Origin: Dicyema japonicum
Taxonomy: Eukaryota; Animalia; Dicyemida
NCBI GenBank assembly: GCA_011109175.1
Contig: RDEW01000070.1
Span: 62,001 to 126,000, forward strand
Direction: 5' to 3'
DNA length: 64,000 bases
Shown: piece by piece, positions 11,560 through 25,149 of the stretch
Position numbering within the stretch: position 1 is the first letter of the stretch
Layout of the letters: the number at the start of each line of letters is the position of its first letter
Notes under the pieces: model-generated
Databases searched by the model: none
What the model was told of the DNA's origin: nothing
The model's input: only the letters and a program-made list of their open reading frames with translations
Position numbers and translations under genes: made by a program

Positions 11560-12850
11560 CGAAGTTGTTGTGCAATCCTGATTTCAATATTTTCCATGAT
11601 TGGCCTGACAAGTCTGTTCTTTTCCTCAGTTAGACCTTCGTACAATTTCTTCCCAATGGATAGCTTGATCGCAGCTGTCTTGTTTTCTCTAGTGCAGCGA
11701 CGATCCTCTCTCGAGGGGTTGTAGAACCATACCTCGCTTCCGTAAAAAAAGTCATTTATGAATCACATTCCGAAAGACAAAGACCATGGTATAACCATCC
11801 AACTTTAGACTTCTAGTGCAGAACATCCTTAAGGTATAATCCTCTCCCATCTACTACAAGCCATAGGTATTTCAGGGATGAAATTCTTGGTATGCGAATA
11901 GTGTAGGGCTCTTCGTGATGCTTACTCATCTTGCTTATCTGTAAATAACTGGATTTTCCGTGGAGAATCTCAGGGTTCTCCTATCAAACCAATCCTGGAC
12001 TTTGTCGACAAAAGCTCTTAGTCGCCGCTATACCCTCAAGACAAATTCAGGATTACGATGTCATCAGTGTATATCATCAGCTTAGTCCTGACGTCTAGCG
12101 GTGACGGAAAATCTTCCATAAATACGTTGAATAACTGGGGTCTTAAAATAGATTCCTGCAGTACTCGTGAATATCTTCCTCAATATACCATCAGAATATC
12201 TTCCAGCGACGACCACATAATATATCCTCACAGTCAAATAGTCCTTCAACCATAGGAATATTTGTTTAGATATCTTTGATCTACAAGTTGACAAAATAAG
12301 GCTTCGTGCCATTAACTGTCAAACGCCTTCGAGTTGTCAAGGCAAACATGGCTTAATTGGCTTTTCTTCTCAAATGCATTTGTAATTCCGTAATTTAGTA
12401 AGTAAATACAAATACAATCCGTTCCATAATTTTTGATGTAGAACATAGGCTTATTGGTCTATAACAAGAGGATCCTTTTTCGACTTTCTAGGTTTGAGGA
12501 TCATTTCACAATAGAACGCTTCCATAGCGGAGGAACATATCCGAGCTTAAAACTCGAGTTATACATCTTTTGTAGTACAAATAGTAGTTCATCGGACATT
12601 TCTTTAAACATAGTCATGGGAGTGATGTCGAATCCAGGAGTCTTGTTCTTGTATAATATCTTTGTCTAAATATCTTTGTCTCCTCTAGGTGGGTATAACC
12701 TCTCGCCCCTCTTCTTAATGTACTCAGAAAACATCAAATACGCGAACTCTAGGAAATATGAATGCGTCGGATGCAGTGATGTCTGAGCTCGAATCACCTT
12801 GGTCCAAATTGAAGAGAAATTGGAAGAGAACGCTTTTCGCTAACCTCTTA
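11560..12850 (-). mobile_element. Decayed Jockey/I/CR1-type LINE reverse transcriptase
   Basis: KNKTPGFD..YRPISLCS..SKAFDS*WHEAL..VLQESILRPQLFNVFMEDFP..LMIYTDDIVI across frameshifts. Confidence 0.75.
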
Positions 12851-14249
12851 TGAAAATACACATTTTTAATCAAAAGTAATATTAATGATGAATAAAATAA
12901 AAATTTATTATTTTAATTATTAAAATAATATTCGGCGGGTTAAAAACTGTTTTCTGTAGTGATTATTGTGATAGTTTATAACAAATGGGCAAACAAACCA
13001 AAACAAGAGCGACAAAACTACAATTGACCATGAGGGCATAAAAGTCACAGATGCGGTTGAGGCTTTGGAGTACACTGAGAAACCAGACTATGATGTATCG
13101 AGTGATTCTGAAGAGATGACGTCTAAGACCTCAAAGGTGCTTGTGTGTCAGTGTTGGAGGTGGTAAAACCTCTTCGACCGAGTTTAAGCTGAACATGGTG
13201 GAGGAGTCCCAAGACACGGAGGGTGACATGACATTTGAGACTGAGTCTATAAATACGGCCGATTATTTGATGATCATCCTTCGGCTGATATCAGTTGATT
13301 GCTATATATATTTTAGAGAAGGGGACAGTGTTTATAACAAACTTCCGTATTACATGAAGCGTAATGTTGAAATTCAGGTTAATACAGAGGCTCTTTAGAA
13401 AAACATATGATTATTTTCTTTACCCATTCGAGTTGTTTTTATGTTGATTGTGTATAAGTTGTTATTTTTGTCCTAGTTTAATATGGGGTGGTGGGGTGTT
13501 TACTAGCTTTATTAGTTGGAGGTTAGGCTTTTGGTATTTGTTCACGAGGTTTATTCAATGTGGATGTCTGAAAGGTGAGTATAGTTTGGGGGAAATATAC
13601 CGTCATTTTTGGTTTTAGAAATTTTAGTTAAGTGTGACGTCCCTCGTTTCTTGATTTGTTAACTTTTGAGGAAGATCCAAGAAATACCTTTTGATGACTT
13701 AAAGATATGATGTTTTTATTCACGAGAACGACGGAAGATGTTTCTACGCAGTGATTTAGAGCATTATGGGGTCGGATTGGTTATTTATTTCTCAAAAGTG
13801 ACTATTAATAAAATTCATTGTTCGGTACCAAACTAATGTTAATCGGGACAAATTTATTATCGATCTGTACAATTCTAGTACTTTCTTTGTCCACAGAAAA
13901 ATCTTACATAAAAAAGAAGACATAAAGATACTTAGAACTCGTAGATATTATTTCAATGAAAACACATCCATTAACTATCAAAGTCGAGTTATGTTCTCAG
14001 GTGAATGTATTGAATAAGGGCGATTTGGTATGCAATACGGAGGATCAATCGATTTGGAGTGATTTCATTGATAATCAACAAAGAAAGGATTATGTAATCA
14101 GGGATTGATTTCAATTGTATCTACGAGAGATATTTATAGCATGAAGGTCCATGGTCACATAAATAGAGACAAAAAAATAAAACATCAAGTCCTTGCAGTT
14201 GTGGGTATCCCTCCGGTGGAATGGGGGAGAGCAAATGATCCGCAATCTT

Positions 14250-16600
14250 TTCAGCCTGGATACCATTGTAAAAACAAAACAAATTATCGCGTAATCCCGA
14301 TGGGTGCATCAAAGCCCTCATCTTGGTCTAGTGTTCTTTTCTCTAACCCACAAACAATTAACGGAGGCGCATCCTTTTTACAAAGTTTAGTTTTCGGTGG
14401 GAAAGGAGATGATGTTGTTCACATGTTTGCTGAAGGTCATTGGGGATCTGTGACCCTAGTATTTTGGTTGTATTGTATAGGAAATTGTTATCCCATTAAA
14501 GTCAATGTAGGAACCGAATTTTTTAATCTTCTATTAGAAGTAAAAATCATGGAGTACAACTTTTCAGGACTTGTGTGTAATTGGTTCCTCGTAAGCCAAC
14601 AGTTCAGGTTGTCTAGTAACTCTTGTAGTTGCCAGGATTAAGTAGTGAGCATAAACAAGGAGCAGAGTATCGTCACTGCTGAGGGAGGGCATGTCGCTCA
14701 TAAAGAGGTTGAAAAGAATGGGTGAGAGAGGGGATCTTTGCGGACCCCATTTGCAGAAATTTGATGACAGAAATATTGAATGTGAAATTACTCTGCCTCT
14801 TCGTCCGTTGAGGAAGTTTGCAGGCCAAATTTTCAAGTTTTTTGAATGTTAGAACCATAAATCTTCCTGGTGAGCTGTTTCCTCGGTATCGAGTCTAGAG
14901 GGAACAAGAAAAGAGCTTTCATGTTGACCTTGGGAAGAAGGCTAATGGAAGAATTATCTGAAGGAGGAAGATAAACGCCTAGGAGGAAGATATCAATTAA
15001 GTGTGTGAATAAGATAGAGGTTTTCATGAAGAGAACCAAGTCCGAAGCTCTTACATTCAGACGAGGTTTAACTAAGAAGGAAAGGGAAAACAGGCTAAAA
15101 ATACTACACCCTCTAGAAAGATTTTGAATTATTACAAATAACAGAAGCACCCTGGAGTAGGTTTCAAGAAAGAAACGTTTCGGTGCAGGTGACTGCCCAG
15201 ACAATAGGTTTTCCGACTTCAAAGGTTTTCCGTCACGCCTACATGAACAATTATTCGAGCATGGATGGGTCTAAGGCGGCGTCCAAAGCTTGCCTAACGA
15301 CTTTGTTCAAGCCCATGTGTCTGGGAGATCAGCCTGCACTTTTCATACTGGAGAGAGGGTGTAGGCAAAAACAGCACGAATGCGACACACAGACTTTTAT
15401 TCCCAGTTATAAAGAGATCCCAATCCGGGCGTATTCATCATCCAGAAAGGTATTCTAAACTCCATTAAGAAAGGCGTTGAGCCAGGCAACGGTCTCGGAA
15501 GACGCCCCGACAACAAAGAGACACGGCGATGTTGGCTAGATGACACTAGAAGATCTTCAAAAGAATTCTGACATACAGCATCGTCCAAACCAGTTAAGAA
15601 CATGGAAGGTTGGGAGAACTGATTGGTCAATAGAGAATTCAGAGAGGGAATGTAGAATTCTCTTGACAAGGGTGTTACAGGCTATTAGCGATGAGAGATA
15701 TAGGGAGAGAAATATGTAGTGTTAAGAAATCCAAGCCCTCCGAGTCTCTCCAGCAGAGTGGCTTGCTTCCACGAGTAATCCTCGAATAGGACGTTGAAGA
15801 TACGCTCCACTGTCGAACGGAAGATGCCGTCAATCTGTGCGAGTTAGTCACACTGTGTGAAATAAGGAGCAAGCCTATCTACATTGAGGCTGTTCTTTAA
15901 AAGGAATAATGACGTATGCACGTCAAGTAGACACAAACGGTCTAGAGTCTAAAGTTTCTTCAAGAACTCTCATTTTTCACGTATAGCTCTCCCCATTGCA
16001 TGTGTGGTATTTGGGATTTATGGAATATAAGGTCTTCATCGAACGTGGAAATACTTCTAGATAGTAAGTTCGCGAAAGATGACAGTATTTGAATACTTCT
16101 CTTCTTAAAGTCCACAATTTTTAAGATGAAACATTAAGGATAGAAAATTGTTTAAATTTTTTTCATTTTGGATAAAACTGCTATAGAATCCAGGCCGCAC
16201 GAGAGGATTTTTAAAAAGAAATATCCTCTCCAAAAGGGTTTTAATCTTCAATGACATTTGCATTGGCTGATTCCAGTAAGAGTACAACATAATAAATTGT
16301 CCAGGTTTGGCTGACAGTCTTGTAAAGGAGGCAGGGAGAGATTGGTGGCACTCCAGGCTTCCCGTCCGTGCATTATGTCTAGGTCAATTGAGAAATCGGG
16401 TAGGGATTGTAGAATCCTCCTGACCAAAGGTTCACAGGCGGTGAGTGTAGACAGATTTGCAAAAAGTGAGACGTCCAAAGTACGACGGATTACAAGACCC
16501 CCAAATCTAACTAAAAGTGTAGCTTGCTTCCATGTAGCATCGTCGAATTTGACATTAAATATTTGTTCTTAGATCTGAGGAAAGACAAATCAAAATGCTC
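14250..16600 (-). mobile_element. Heavily decayed Jockey/I-type LINE ORF2 (APE remnant plus RT)
   Basis: NFLNGRRGRV..GPQRSPLSPILFNLFMSDMP..LLVYAH at 14564-14836; weak APE-like remnant at 16250-16480. Confidence 0.6.
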
Positions 16601-17899
16601 AAATTGCTCTAGTTGGGAATAGTACGGTGCTTTCCTGAGTAAATAAGCGATTCTCTGAATGTTAAAACTTCTATTCATGAGGAATAGTGCTGTGAGTCAA
16701 GTATTTGTAATCTATCCAGCGATTCGCATAGGAGTTGTTTTTTGTCAAGGAGTACATGCTTCATCACACTCCTGATGATCGGGGATCCAAGAAATATTAA
16801 TTCGTTTTCAGGGGTCGAACTCCCACCAGGAAACTAGGAATAAAATTTTGGAACAATTGAAGAGATGTCATCGTCGGGATCACGTGATAATTAGTTTGGT
16901 TTTACCGTGGTTATTTAGTAGAAGTCGACGAGGCAGCCCTTATAAATGGAACGTCTATCAATCATTTATATTTAAACGATGCGGTTCAACTGAGTGGCTT
17001 ATGAAATCCTTAGGAGATGCGGCCTCGATATTATTGAGCGTAATTCCGAGATGTGTAATCAGGGACTCTCGCACAAAGAATTCTCTAAATTACGATAAAA
17101 GATTATGTCTATTGTTACCATTACCGATGAGGAACAATTTATGATTTAGAACTGCCCAATATCGATTATTTGTCATATGAATAAGAAAATTTCGAATATT
17201 GGTTGGGACAAATAGTTTTCCGAGCTGTCGGAATCAAGAGTTTTCATAATGAAATCTTAACGGTGGATTTGGTCAGGGAAAGGAAGGAAGATCTAGCCGT
17301 AATTTTGATTTTACGTTCGAATCATCAGTATTTTGATATAGCATCCATATGGTATTCTGCTTATTGGCAAGGTCTTTCACCGTGTACATGTCGATAGGAT
17401 TTTCTCATGTTCTTTCAATAGATGCAGGGTGGATCTTTTTGAGTATTGACAGCTTTACAATATCCAGGTCGAATTTACTGTGAAAGAGAGAGATGGAAGG
17501 TATTTGGACATATCCTAAGAATGGACCAAGCAGTTCCAACAAACAATGGTATGAAAGCTACTTCCAGATCAGTTCTGAATACCACAGACGTCCTCGTTAC
17601 TCTCTCCCTATTGCAATTTAAGAAGATCTTGGGACTGTAAAAAAGAAACTCGAAAATGCAGACGACCTAGATGTTTTTCGAAAAATCGCCTTCTGAAGGA
17701 GATCTGTAGGTATGTTTTCTAGTTATGCATCCAGATATTCTTTTAATGCTAGGGCCTCTCTGATTGACTAATTAAGGACTCCAAATTATAACGTCTAGTG
17801 TTGGGTTCTGTGGTTCTGTTCTGTGGTTAGGTTTCCATTTTGTTCTTTGTAGTGTCATATATCTCTTAAAAAATCTAGCAATAACAATTTTGTGGTCGC

Positions 17900-18245
17900 T
17901 GTCGATCCACCATAAGCTCGTGCATCAAGTATGACCTCGATCCTTTCTGTCAGCAGATGATGTAATCAATTGGTTGTATATGTTTATTACTCGCCCTTCA
18001 GAATTTGTTCTATAACCCGACCACGTTGATTTATGTCTGGCTGGATGCATGAAAATTGTATTCCATAAAAATAGGTTGTTCGTTTGACAGAAGTTAGCTA
18101 TTAGGGTTCTCAGAAGATCTCTTTTCTCCCTACCGTGCCATCCCATGAATGTCTCATCGGATATAATTTGGGTGCCAGCTTTTGCATTTAGATCTCCTGC
18201 AATCATTACTAATGTTGCGAGAACATGCTTGGAGATGACGGCGAA
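17900..18245 (-). mobile_element. RTE-type APE endonuclease fragment
   Basis: MIAGDLNAKAG..FCQTNNLFLWNTIFMHPARHKSTW..IYNQL. Confidence 0.8.
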
Positions 18246-18399
18246 AGACAAAAAGAATCCGCTTTTATCTTCGCCAGAGTGGCAATTATTTTTCGTGGTC
18301 CTTATTCAACTTTGTTTCGAAACTCATACAGAGAAAAAACTTTATAGATGATATGTCCTCTTCGCCCACACCATCTTGTTTCTAGCCCTCATTGAACAT

Positions 18400-19000
18400 C
18401 ATCCAGGTCGTCTGTTGTCACCAATTTACGACTGATTGTTTCGTAATCATTTTTTAATAAAATTTGAAGTGTATTATTGGTCTGCCTTGAAATCCGTGAC
18501 TTCCGGCGCAGTAGAAAAATTCTTCCATTATCCTGTTACAGGGCGTAGTCGAGTCCAGTCTAATAATATATCCAAATAGTTGCCATCTCAATAGAAAAAC
18601 GTCAATGCTAATTGGTGTTGATTTACATATAGCATATAGATTCTCGATTGAAATTTTTCTTGGCCAGAAGATTCCAGTCAATTTGCGCAGTTGGCTTCTG
18701 TAGAAAGTATTTAGCCTATCTAAATCTTTTTTTGAGGTTCACCATGTTCTGGAATTGTATATCAGTATTGGCTTGATAAACGTGTCGTATAGTCTGACAC
18801 AAAGTTTCAGAGACACATGCCTATTTCTTATCCGGATATTGAACATTTTTTGAAGTACATGGTAGCCAGCATTTTCCTTTAATAAATATCTTCGGCGTTA
18901 CCTAGTAGTGAGCCGAGTTTTTTTTTGTATGTCTCCAGAGTTGTTCATTTCTTGACTTGACTGGTAGTCCATTTTTGCAATGTTTATGTGCAGGTTCCAT
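18400..19000 (-). mobile_element. RTE fragment (RT7 and C-terminus)
   Basis: KKLGSLLGNAEDI..WPRKISIENLY..RWQLFGYIIRL..QGRP. Confidence 0.8.
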
Positions 19001-19019
19001 TTATTTAAAATTCAACCCA

Positions 19020-19600
19020 CTTTATTTAACCAATAATAAAATGTTAATATTTAATAATCAACAACCTTCCTCGTCTGCCTGTTCGCCAGCCTCCTCAGAC
19101 AGGTTCGATTCTGGTTGCTGAAACAACTCCGAGAGCGCCTTGTCCAATTGAACCCTCTGCGCATATGGTATCTCCGGGCTCTGCCTCCTATACTTCAGTG
19201 TCAGGCTTTCTAGGGTCAGCTATAATACAGTAGACTGTAAATAGGCCTGGAGCTTCCTATCTACCCCCAACTGCTTCAGATATCCCTTGTGGTACTTTGT
19301 TGCAATTTCCCACGTCATTACTATTGGAACAACAAGAACCTTGCAACCAAACATCTGCCCCATCTCTTTTGCAAGCAAGTCATAATTCCTTTTTTTCTCC
19401 ACCTCCACAGTCTCAAACGGTCTTGAGATGTAGTACCAACCTCTTTGATAGGGACTTGGTCAGACTCCTCATCGTGTACTACAATGTACGGTTTATGTGC
19501 TTGACTAGCACCGAAGAACGGATAACACTGTTTACCTTAATTTGGACCCTGGTGTTCTTTACTACAGATTGCACCTTATGAGTCTGCAAAGGCGGCTCAA
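19020..19600 (-). mobile_element. R4/Dong-like REL-endonuclease retroelement, 3' fragment
   Basis: EVEKKRNYDLLAKEMG..VPIVMTWEIATKYHKGYLKQLGVDRKLQAYLQSTVL; homologous to 59985-60830. Confidence 0.8.
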
Positions 19601-19768
19601 TGGCTCCAAACAGAGAAAAAAAGCAGTGGAGACATGCTATCTCCCTGTAGAATTCCCCTCTTGAGTTTTATTTTGCCTATCCGATCATTTATTTAAAATA
19701 CTTTTATTTTTTCTTAATAATTAAATATTTAATTTTTTATTAATTTTTAATAAATTCTTAATATAAAT

Positions 19769-20310
19769 ATAAATCATTTAATAGGTCAGGTCATATTTAA
19801 TTTCTTTTTAGTTCTTCATAAGCTTCATCGTCTTACATATCAAAGTGATAACTTGTAAATACAAAGAAAATAATAATACTATAGCAGTGATGATGGGTTC
19901 AATATCCGTTAAATATTATGTACATCGAGGAGTAAGCAAAATTTTATTTTTAGCAAATAATTTATAATTTCGACATAAGTGCTTCGTTTGAACTTTTGAA
20001 AGTCCATGATTCAAATGACACAATGAATTATGATATCTATGCTTATTTGACCATGGAGGAGTATCAAATTTTATTTAAAGTTTCGACTACACGTTATTCA
20101 TACACAATACATGAAATTGTAGTTACAATAGGTTCTGGTAAGTATTTTATGTTTAATTTAGATGTGTTCCTTGTTAGGAATATTTCAAATAACTCAGTGG
20201 TTTGACGACTATTGTGAATGTGATCTAAAGAGGGCGAAACAAAGTTTCTAAATTGTATAAATTCAAATTTACATTAATGAGAGGTTATGAGTCGACAAAG
20301 ACAAGTTAAC
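19769..20310 (+). pseudogene. LAMP-like family copy 2 (start ATG>ATA, frameshift, stops)
   Basis: Collinear with 1811-2385, with the same introns. Confidence 0.75.
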
Positions 20311-21821
20311 TTTAAAAAATTTTCGTTATATTAAAAGTGAATTGCAGTGTTTTTGAAGATATTCTATCTATACTGGAAATTACCACCACTGTAGAATGTT
20401 CAATTTTTGTATTTCTGGTAAACTGTAGGCAAAATTTTCATCAATAAAGCTTAAACTTTTTCGGAATGATTTAAATTTTCGTTATATTGAAAGTGGATTG
20501 AATTGCGGTGATGTTTGGAGATATTGTATTCAATTCAATATAAAGAGAAGCCACGAAGATTCCACTCTAGATTCCACTTGTCTTGTGTTTACTTAGTATA
20601 AGATTGTTAAAATATGAATAGTACATTGTAGACTTGATTTAATTTATTAAGTTTCCTTTTCATAAAGATTACGGGACTAATCCATCTCTGGGCTTAGAAA
20701 AGTTTGAACTCCCATACAATGATCCTGTGACTGTCGTTTCAAATTTTTCAAAACAATTTTGTCAATGTTCAAAATAGTGAAAGTTCTGTGACGAAAATCC
20801 ATTCTATAAACTTCGAATAGTTAATTGTGATTAGCTTTCAATCTGTGAAATAATTGATCAATTTTTTGAAGTTGATGGAAGCTGTCAAAGTTTCACCAAT
20901 AGCTCTGTTTAATCTATGGCTTGCGACATATTATTCTTGAAAATAATCATACACATAAAAAGACAAATCAATTTGGGATAAAAAATAGTCTGAAAGAAAA
21001 ATATAGCCAGAGAATATAAACAGGGATAAATCAGGTAGTGAAAAATAATCCATATTCATAGGTTACCAAAATGTAAAACATATATTAGACATTTTGATAA
21101 AAACCTTCAACACTATATGATTTATCCGATAATATAATCTTCAAGAAATCGAATGATAATACAATACAATAGATACTAAAAAATACAATGACATAAAAAA
21201 GCTACCGACCACAAGAACGTGGCGACGTCATTCCTAATAATATGACAATGTATTAAAAGGTTCGCCATATTGCAAAAATATTTTTGGAAATAAATAAGTA
21301 TTAAATTAAAATAAATTAATCCAAATTGACTAATTTAATTTATAAATCTAACTATAATTTATGTTCTGGGTGGGGCCATCTAGTGCTATGTGGATAATTG
21401 GCTGAAGATTTCTATTTGTTTTGTCTCTTCCCCCTCTTTCCCTTCATATTAGAGTCGCATCATGTGAAGGAATCTTTGAGAGTCTACAGCGAAGAAGTTA
21501 TGCATGTCCACGTTTGTTGGGTGTTTCAAGTCAATTCTCACTACTCCATATAGTTTTCGTGATTTTGCTTTAGATCTCCCAGTGGTGTTAAAACTATTTT
21601 TAGTGTCTTCGTGGTTTTTTGAGATTATAATTTAGTTTTAATTTAAAGTAATTTATTACAAAACAATTAAAAATAGCCAAGCTGAAATAATTGAGTGGCT
21701 GTATTCCCTGACAATTACGAGAGAAATCCTTTGAAGCAGCCACTCTGTTTTCAAACGCTCGTTACTTTAGAAATATTTAATTACTAAAATATTGAACTTT
21801 ATTTGAATTATTTAATAAATA

Positions 21822-22870
21822 CAATAATATTGAACATTTTTTGAAGTACATGGTAGCCAGCATTTTCCTTTAATAATTATTTTCGGCGTTACCTAGTAGT
21901 GAGCCGAGTTTTTTTTTGTATGCAAGTCATAATTCCTTTTTTTTCTCCATCCACAGTCTCAAACGGTCTTGAGATGTAGTACCAACCTCTATGATAGGGA
22001 CTTGATCAGACTCCTCATCGTGTACCACAATGTACGGTTTTTGTGCTTGACTAGCACCGAAGAACGGATAACACTGTTTACCTTAATTTGGACCCTGGTG
22101 TTCTTTACTACAGATTGCACCTTATGAGTCTGCAAAGGCGGCTCAATGGCTCCAAACAGAGAACAAAAAGCAGTGGAGACATGCTATCTCCCTGTAGAAT
22201 TCCCCTCTTGAGTTTTATTTTGCCTATCCGATCATTTATTTAAAATACTTTTATTTTTTCTTAATAATTAAATATTTAATTTTTTATTAATTTTTTAATA
22301 AATTCTTAATATAAATATAAATCATTTAATAGGTCAGGTCATATTTAATTTCTTTTTAGTTCTTTTCATAAGCTTCATCGTCTTAGATATCAAAGTGATA
22401 ACTTGGAACTTCAAAGAAAATAATAGTACTATAGCAGTGATGATGGGTTCAATATCAATTAAATATTATGTACATCGAGGAGTAAGCAAAATTTTATTTT
22501 TAGCAAATAATTTGTAAATTCGGCAAAAGTGCTTCGTTTGAACTTTTGAGAGTCTATTATTCAAATGAAACAATGAATTATGATATTTATGCTTATTTGA
22601 CCATGTAGGAGTATCAAATTTTATTTAAAGTTTCGACTACACGTTATTCATACGCAATACATGAAATCGTAGTTACAAACGGTTCTGGTAAGTATTTTAT
22701 GTTTAATTTAGATGTATTCCTTGTTGGAAATTTTCAAATGACTCAGTGGTTTGACAAATATTGTGAATGTGATCTAATAGTTTTGAAAGAGAGCGAATCT
22801 AATTTTCTCAAATTGTATCAATTCAAATTTATATTAATTATGGGTTATAAGCCGAATGATGCAAGTTAAC
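21822..22870 (+). repeat. Local segmental duplicate of ~18830-20310 lacking ~18933-19374
   Basis: High identity through the RTE piece, R4-like piece, AT island and LAMP-like gene; the deletion junction at ~21922 fuses the RTE and R4-like fragments. Confidence 0.9.
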
Positions 22871-23030
22871 TATAACTAATCTTAGAGCATGAGTGTGACT
22901 GTAGACCTAAGGCCAAAGATGATAGGGAGAAAAGCTAAATCTTAATTACTACTAACAGTTTCGTTCCTTCATACTCATAAATGGGTTGGGAGAATTCTAG
23001 TTTAGTTGATGTGAAGTCTCGTTGAGACTA
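22317..23030 (+). pseudogene. LAMP-like family copy 3 (start ATG>ATA, one in-frame TAG)
   Basis: Frame otherwise intact: NHLIVLFISFIVLDIKVITW..YLTM*EYQILFKV..TQWFDKYCECD..KHECDC; same four introns as copy 1. Confidence 0.75.
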
Positions 23031-23181
23031 CATCTATGTTTTTTTCTAAATCTCAATACTAATTTCAAAAACTTTCCACTTTAATCATTTTAGGCACTAA
23101 TTCAAGATCCCAGAGATCCCGGAGATAGAGAACAATGGGAGACAGACAACGTGGGTAAAAATCGTTTAAGCGATATCAGAA

Positions 23182-24420
23182 GAACAGCAGAAACGTCGTT
23201 TAACCGAATTGAGAATACATGCACATGAATGCGGAATCACTAGAACACCATATCAGTCGGTTGACTGAATTAAGAACACATGCACATCAATGCGAGATGA
23301 AGAATAAGCAGAACAGCATATCAGTTGGTTAACTGAATTGAGAACACATGCACATCAATGCGGCAGACGAATCAGTAGAACACCATATCAGTCGGTTAAC
23401 TGAATTGAGAACACATGCACACCAATGCGGGCAGACGAATCAGTAGAACACCATATCAGTCGGTTGACTGAATTGAGAACACATGCACATCAATGCGGGA
23501 TGAAGAATAAGCAGAACACCATATCAGTCGGTTAACTGAATTGAGGACACATGCATCAATGCGGGCAGACGAATCAGAAGAACAGCAGAAACGTCGTTTA
23601 ACCGAATTGAGAATATACGGGATGAAGAATAACTAGAACACCATATCAGTCGGTTGACTGAATTGAGAACACATGCACATCAATGCGGGATGAAGAATAA
23701 GCAGAACAGCATATCAGTTGGTTAACTGAATTGAGAACACATGCACATCAATGCGGGATGAAGAATAAGCAGAACAGCATATCAGTTGGTTAACTGAATT
23801 GAGAACACATGCACATCAATGCGGGCAGACGAATAGTAGAACACCATATCAGTCGGTTAACTGAATTGAGAACACTTGCACATCAATGCGGGATGAAGAA
23901 TAAGCAGAACACCATATCAGTCGGTTACTGAATTGAGAACGCATGCACACCAATGCGGGCAGACGAATCAGTAGAACACCATATCAGTCGGTTAACTGAA
24001 TTGAGAACGCATGCACACAATGCGGGCAGACGAATCACTAGAACACCATATCAGTCGGTTGACTGAATTGAGAACGCATGCACACAATGCGGGAGACGAA
24101 TCAGTAGAACACCATATCAGTCGGTTACTGTTGAGAACGCATGCACACCAATGCGGGCAGACGAATCAGTAGAACACCATATCAGTCGGTTGACTGAATT
24201 GAGAACACATGCACAACAATGCGGGATGAAGAATAAGCAGAACAGCATATCAGTTGGTTAACTGAATTGAGAACACATGCACATCAATGCGGGCAGACGA
24301 ATCAGTAGAACACAATATCAGTCGGTTAACTAAATTGAGAACACATACCCAATAAGTCCAGGCTGTTCAAGACACAGAAGAGACTCAGCGTCGTTTGTCT
24401 AATAATTGAAGCACGCGACA
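23182..24420 (+). repeat. Tandem array of 18 units of ~68 bp derived from a 23-aa STPR-like coding repeat
   Basis: Unit gaacaccatatcagtcggttgactgaattgagaacacatgcacatcaatgcggg plus a variable 14-nt end. Adding one A gives ESVEHHISRLTELRTHAHQMRAD. A further degenerate unit (DTEETQRRLS) lies at 24360-24420. Confidence 0.9.
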
Positions 24421-25149
24421 AGCTCTCCACAGATGCTAGACCATGTGCACGCGGAACGTGCTCTGACCGAGTTCATTTCCTAACATTCGCAGAACTTAGG
24501 AAGTGATAGGATCACTGATGGATTATTCTAGAAAATAATTGAAAAAAATTTGAAGTTAGGATCTTTTAATTAATTGGCATAGATTTTTTTACGTATTCTT
24601 AAGTTTATTAAATAATTAACTGGATATTGGAAGTTGTCATGGAAGCTGATCACTACCGTGCTGAACTGCTTGGCTTGCTTAAGCAGAAAGGAAAAAAGGA
24701 TAAGATTTTAATTCTGAGAGCAATAATTTGAGAATTTAGCGAAAACTATGTCAAGTGCAAATTTCGAATATTTTATGATAACCACAGCCAATAATCTCTT
24801 AAAGAATCAAAGGCCTCTTACTGTTTATGGAAGATCAAACATATCTCTCATATGACGCAACGATGAAGAATATGTTAATACTTTCTTTGAACTCTGGATT
24901 TGAATGAATTTCATGACAGTGTGTTCGTGGAAACTACAATTTGAGTCTAACTCTTCATTAGGCACATAAATAATAGTTAAGGAAGATAACATTTTGTCCT
25001 TTTCGCTTCCTTGTGACTCTGGATCCTTGAAATCTCTGTATATCTATGCATTTTACTAGGAAGATAACTTTTTATATTCGGAACATCCTAGTTTTTTTAA
25101 TCCGTTATACAGCCTTACCAGTCCCCGTTTTTTAGATCTTTTTTACTAA

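Noticed and set aside
23182-24350. CRISPR-like array
   Set aside because: The 'spacers' are just two recurring 14-nt variants, there are no cas genes, and the context is eukaryotic. It is a tandem satellite.
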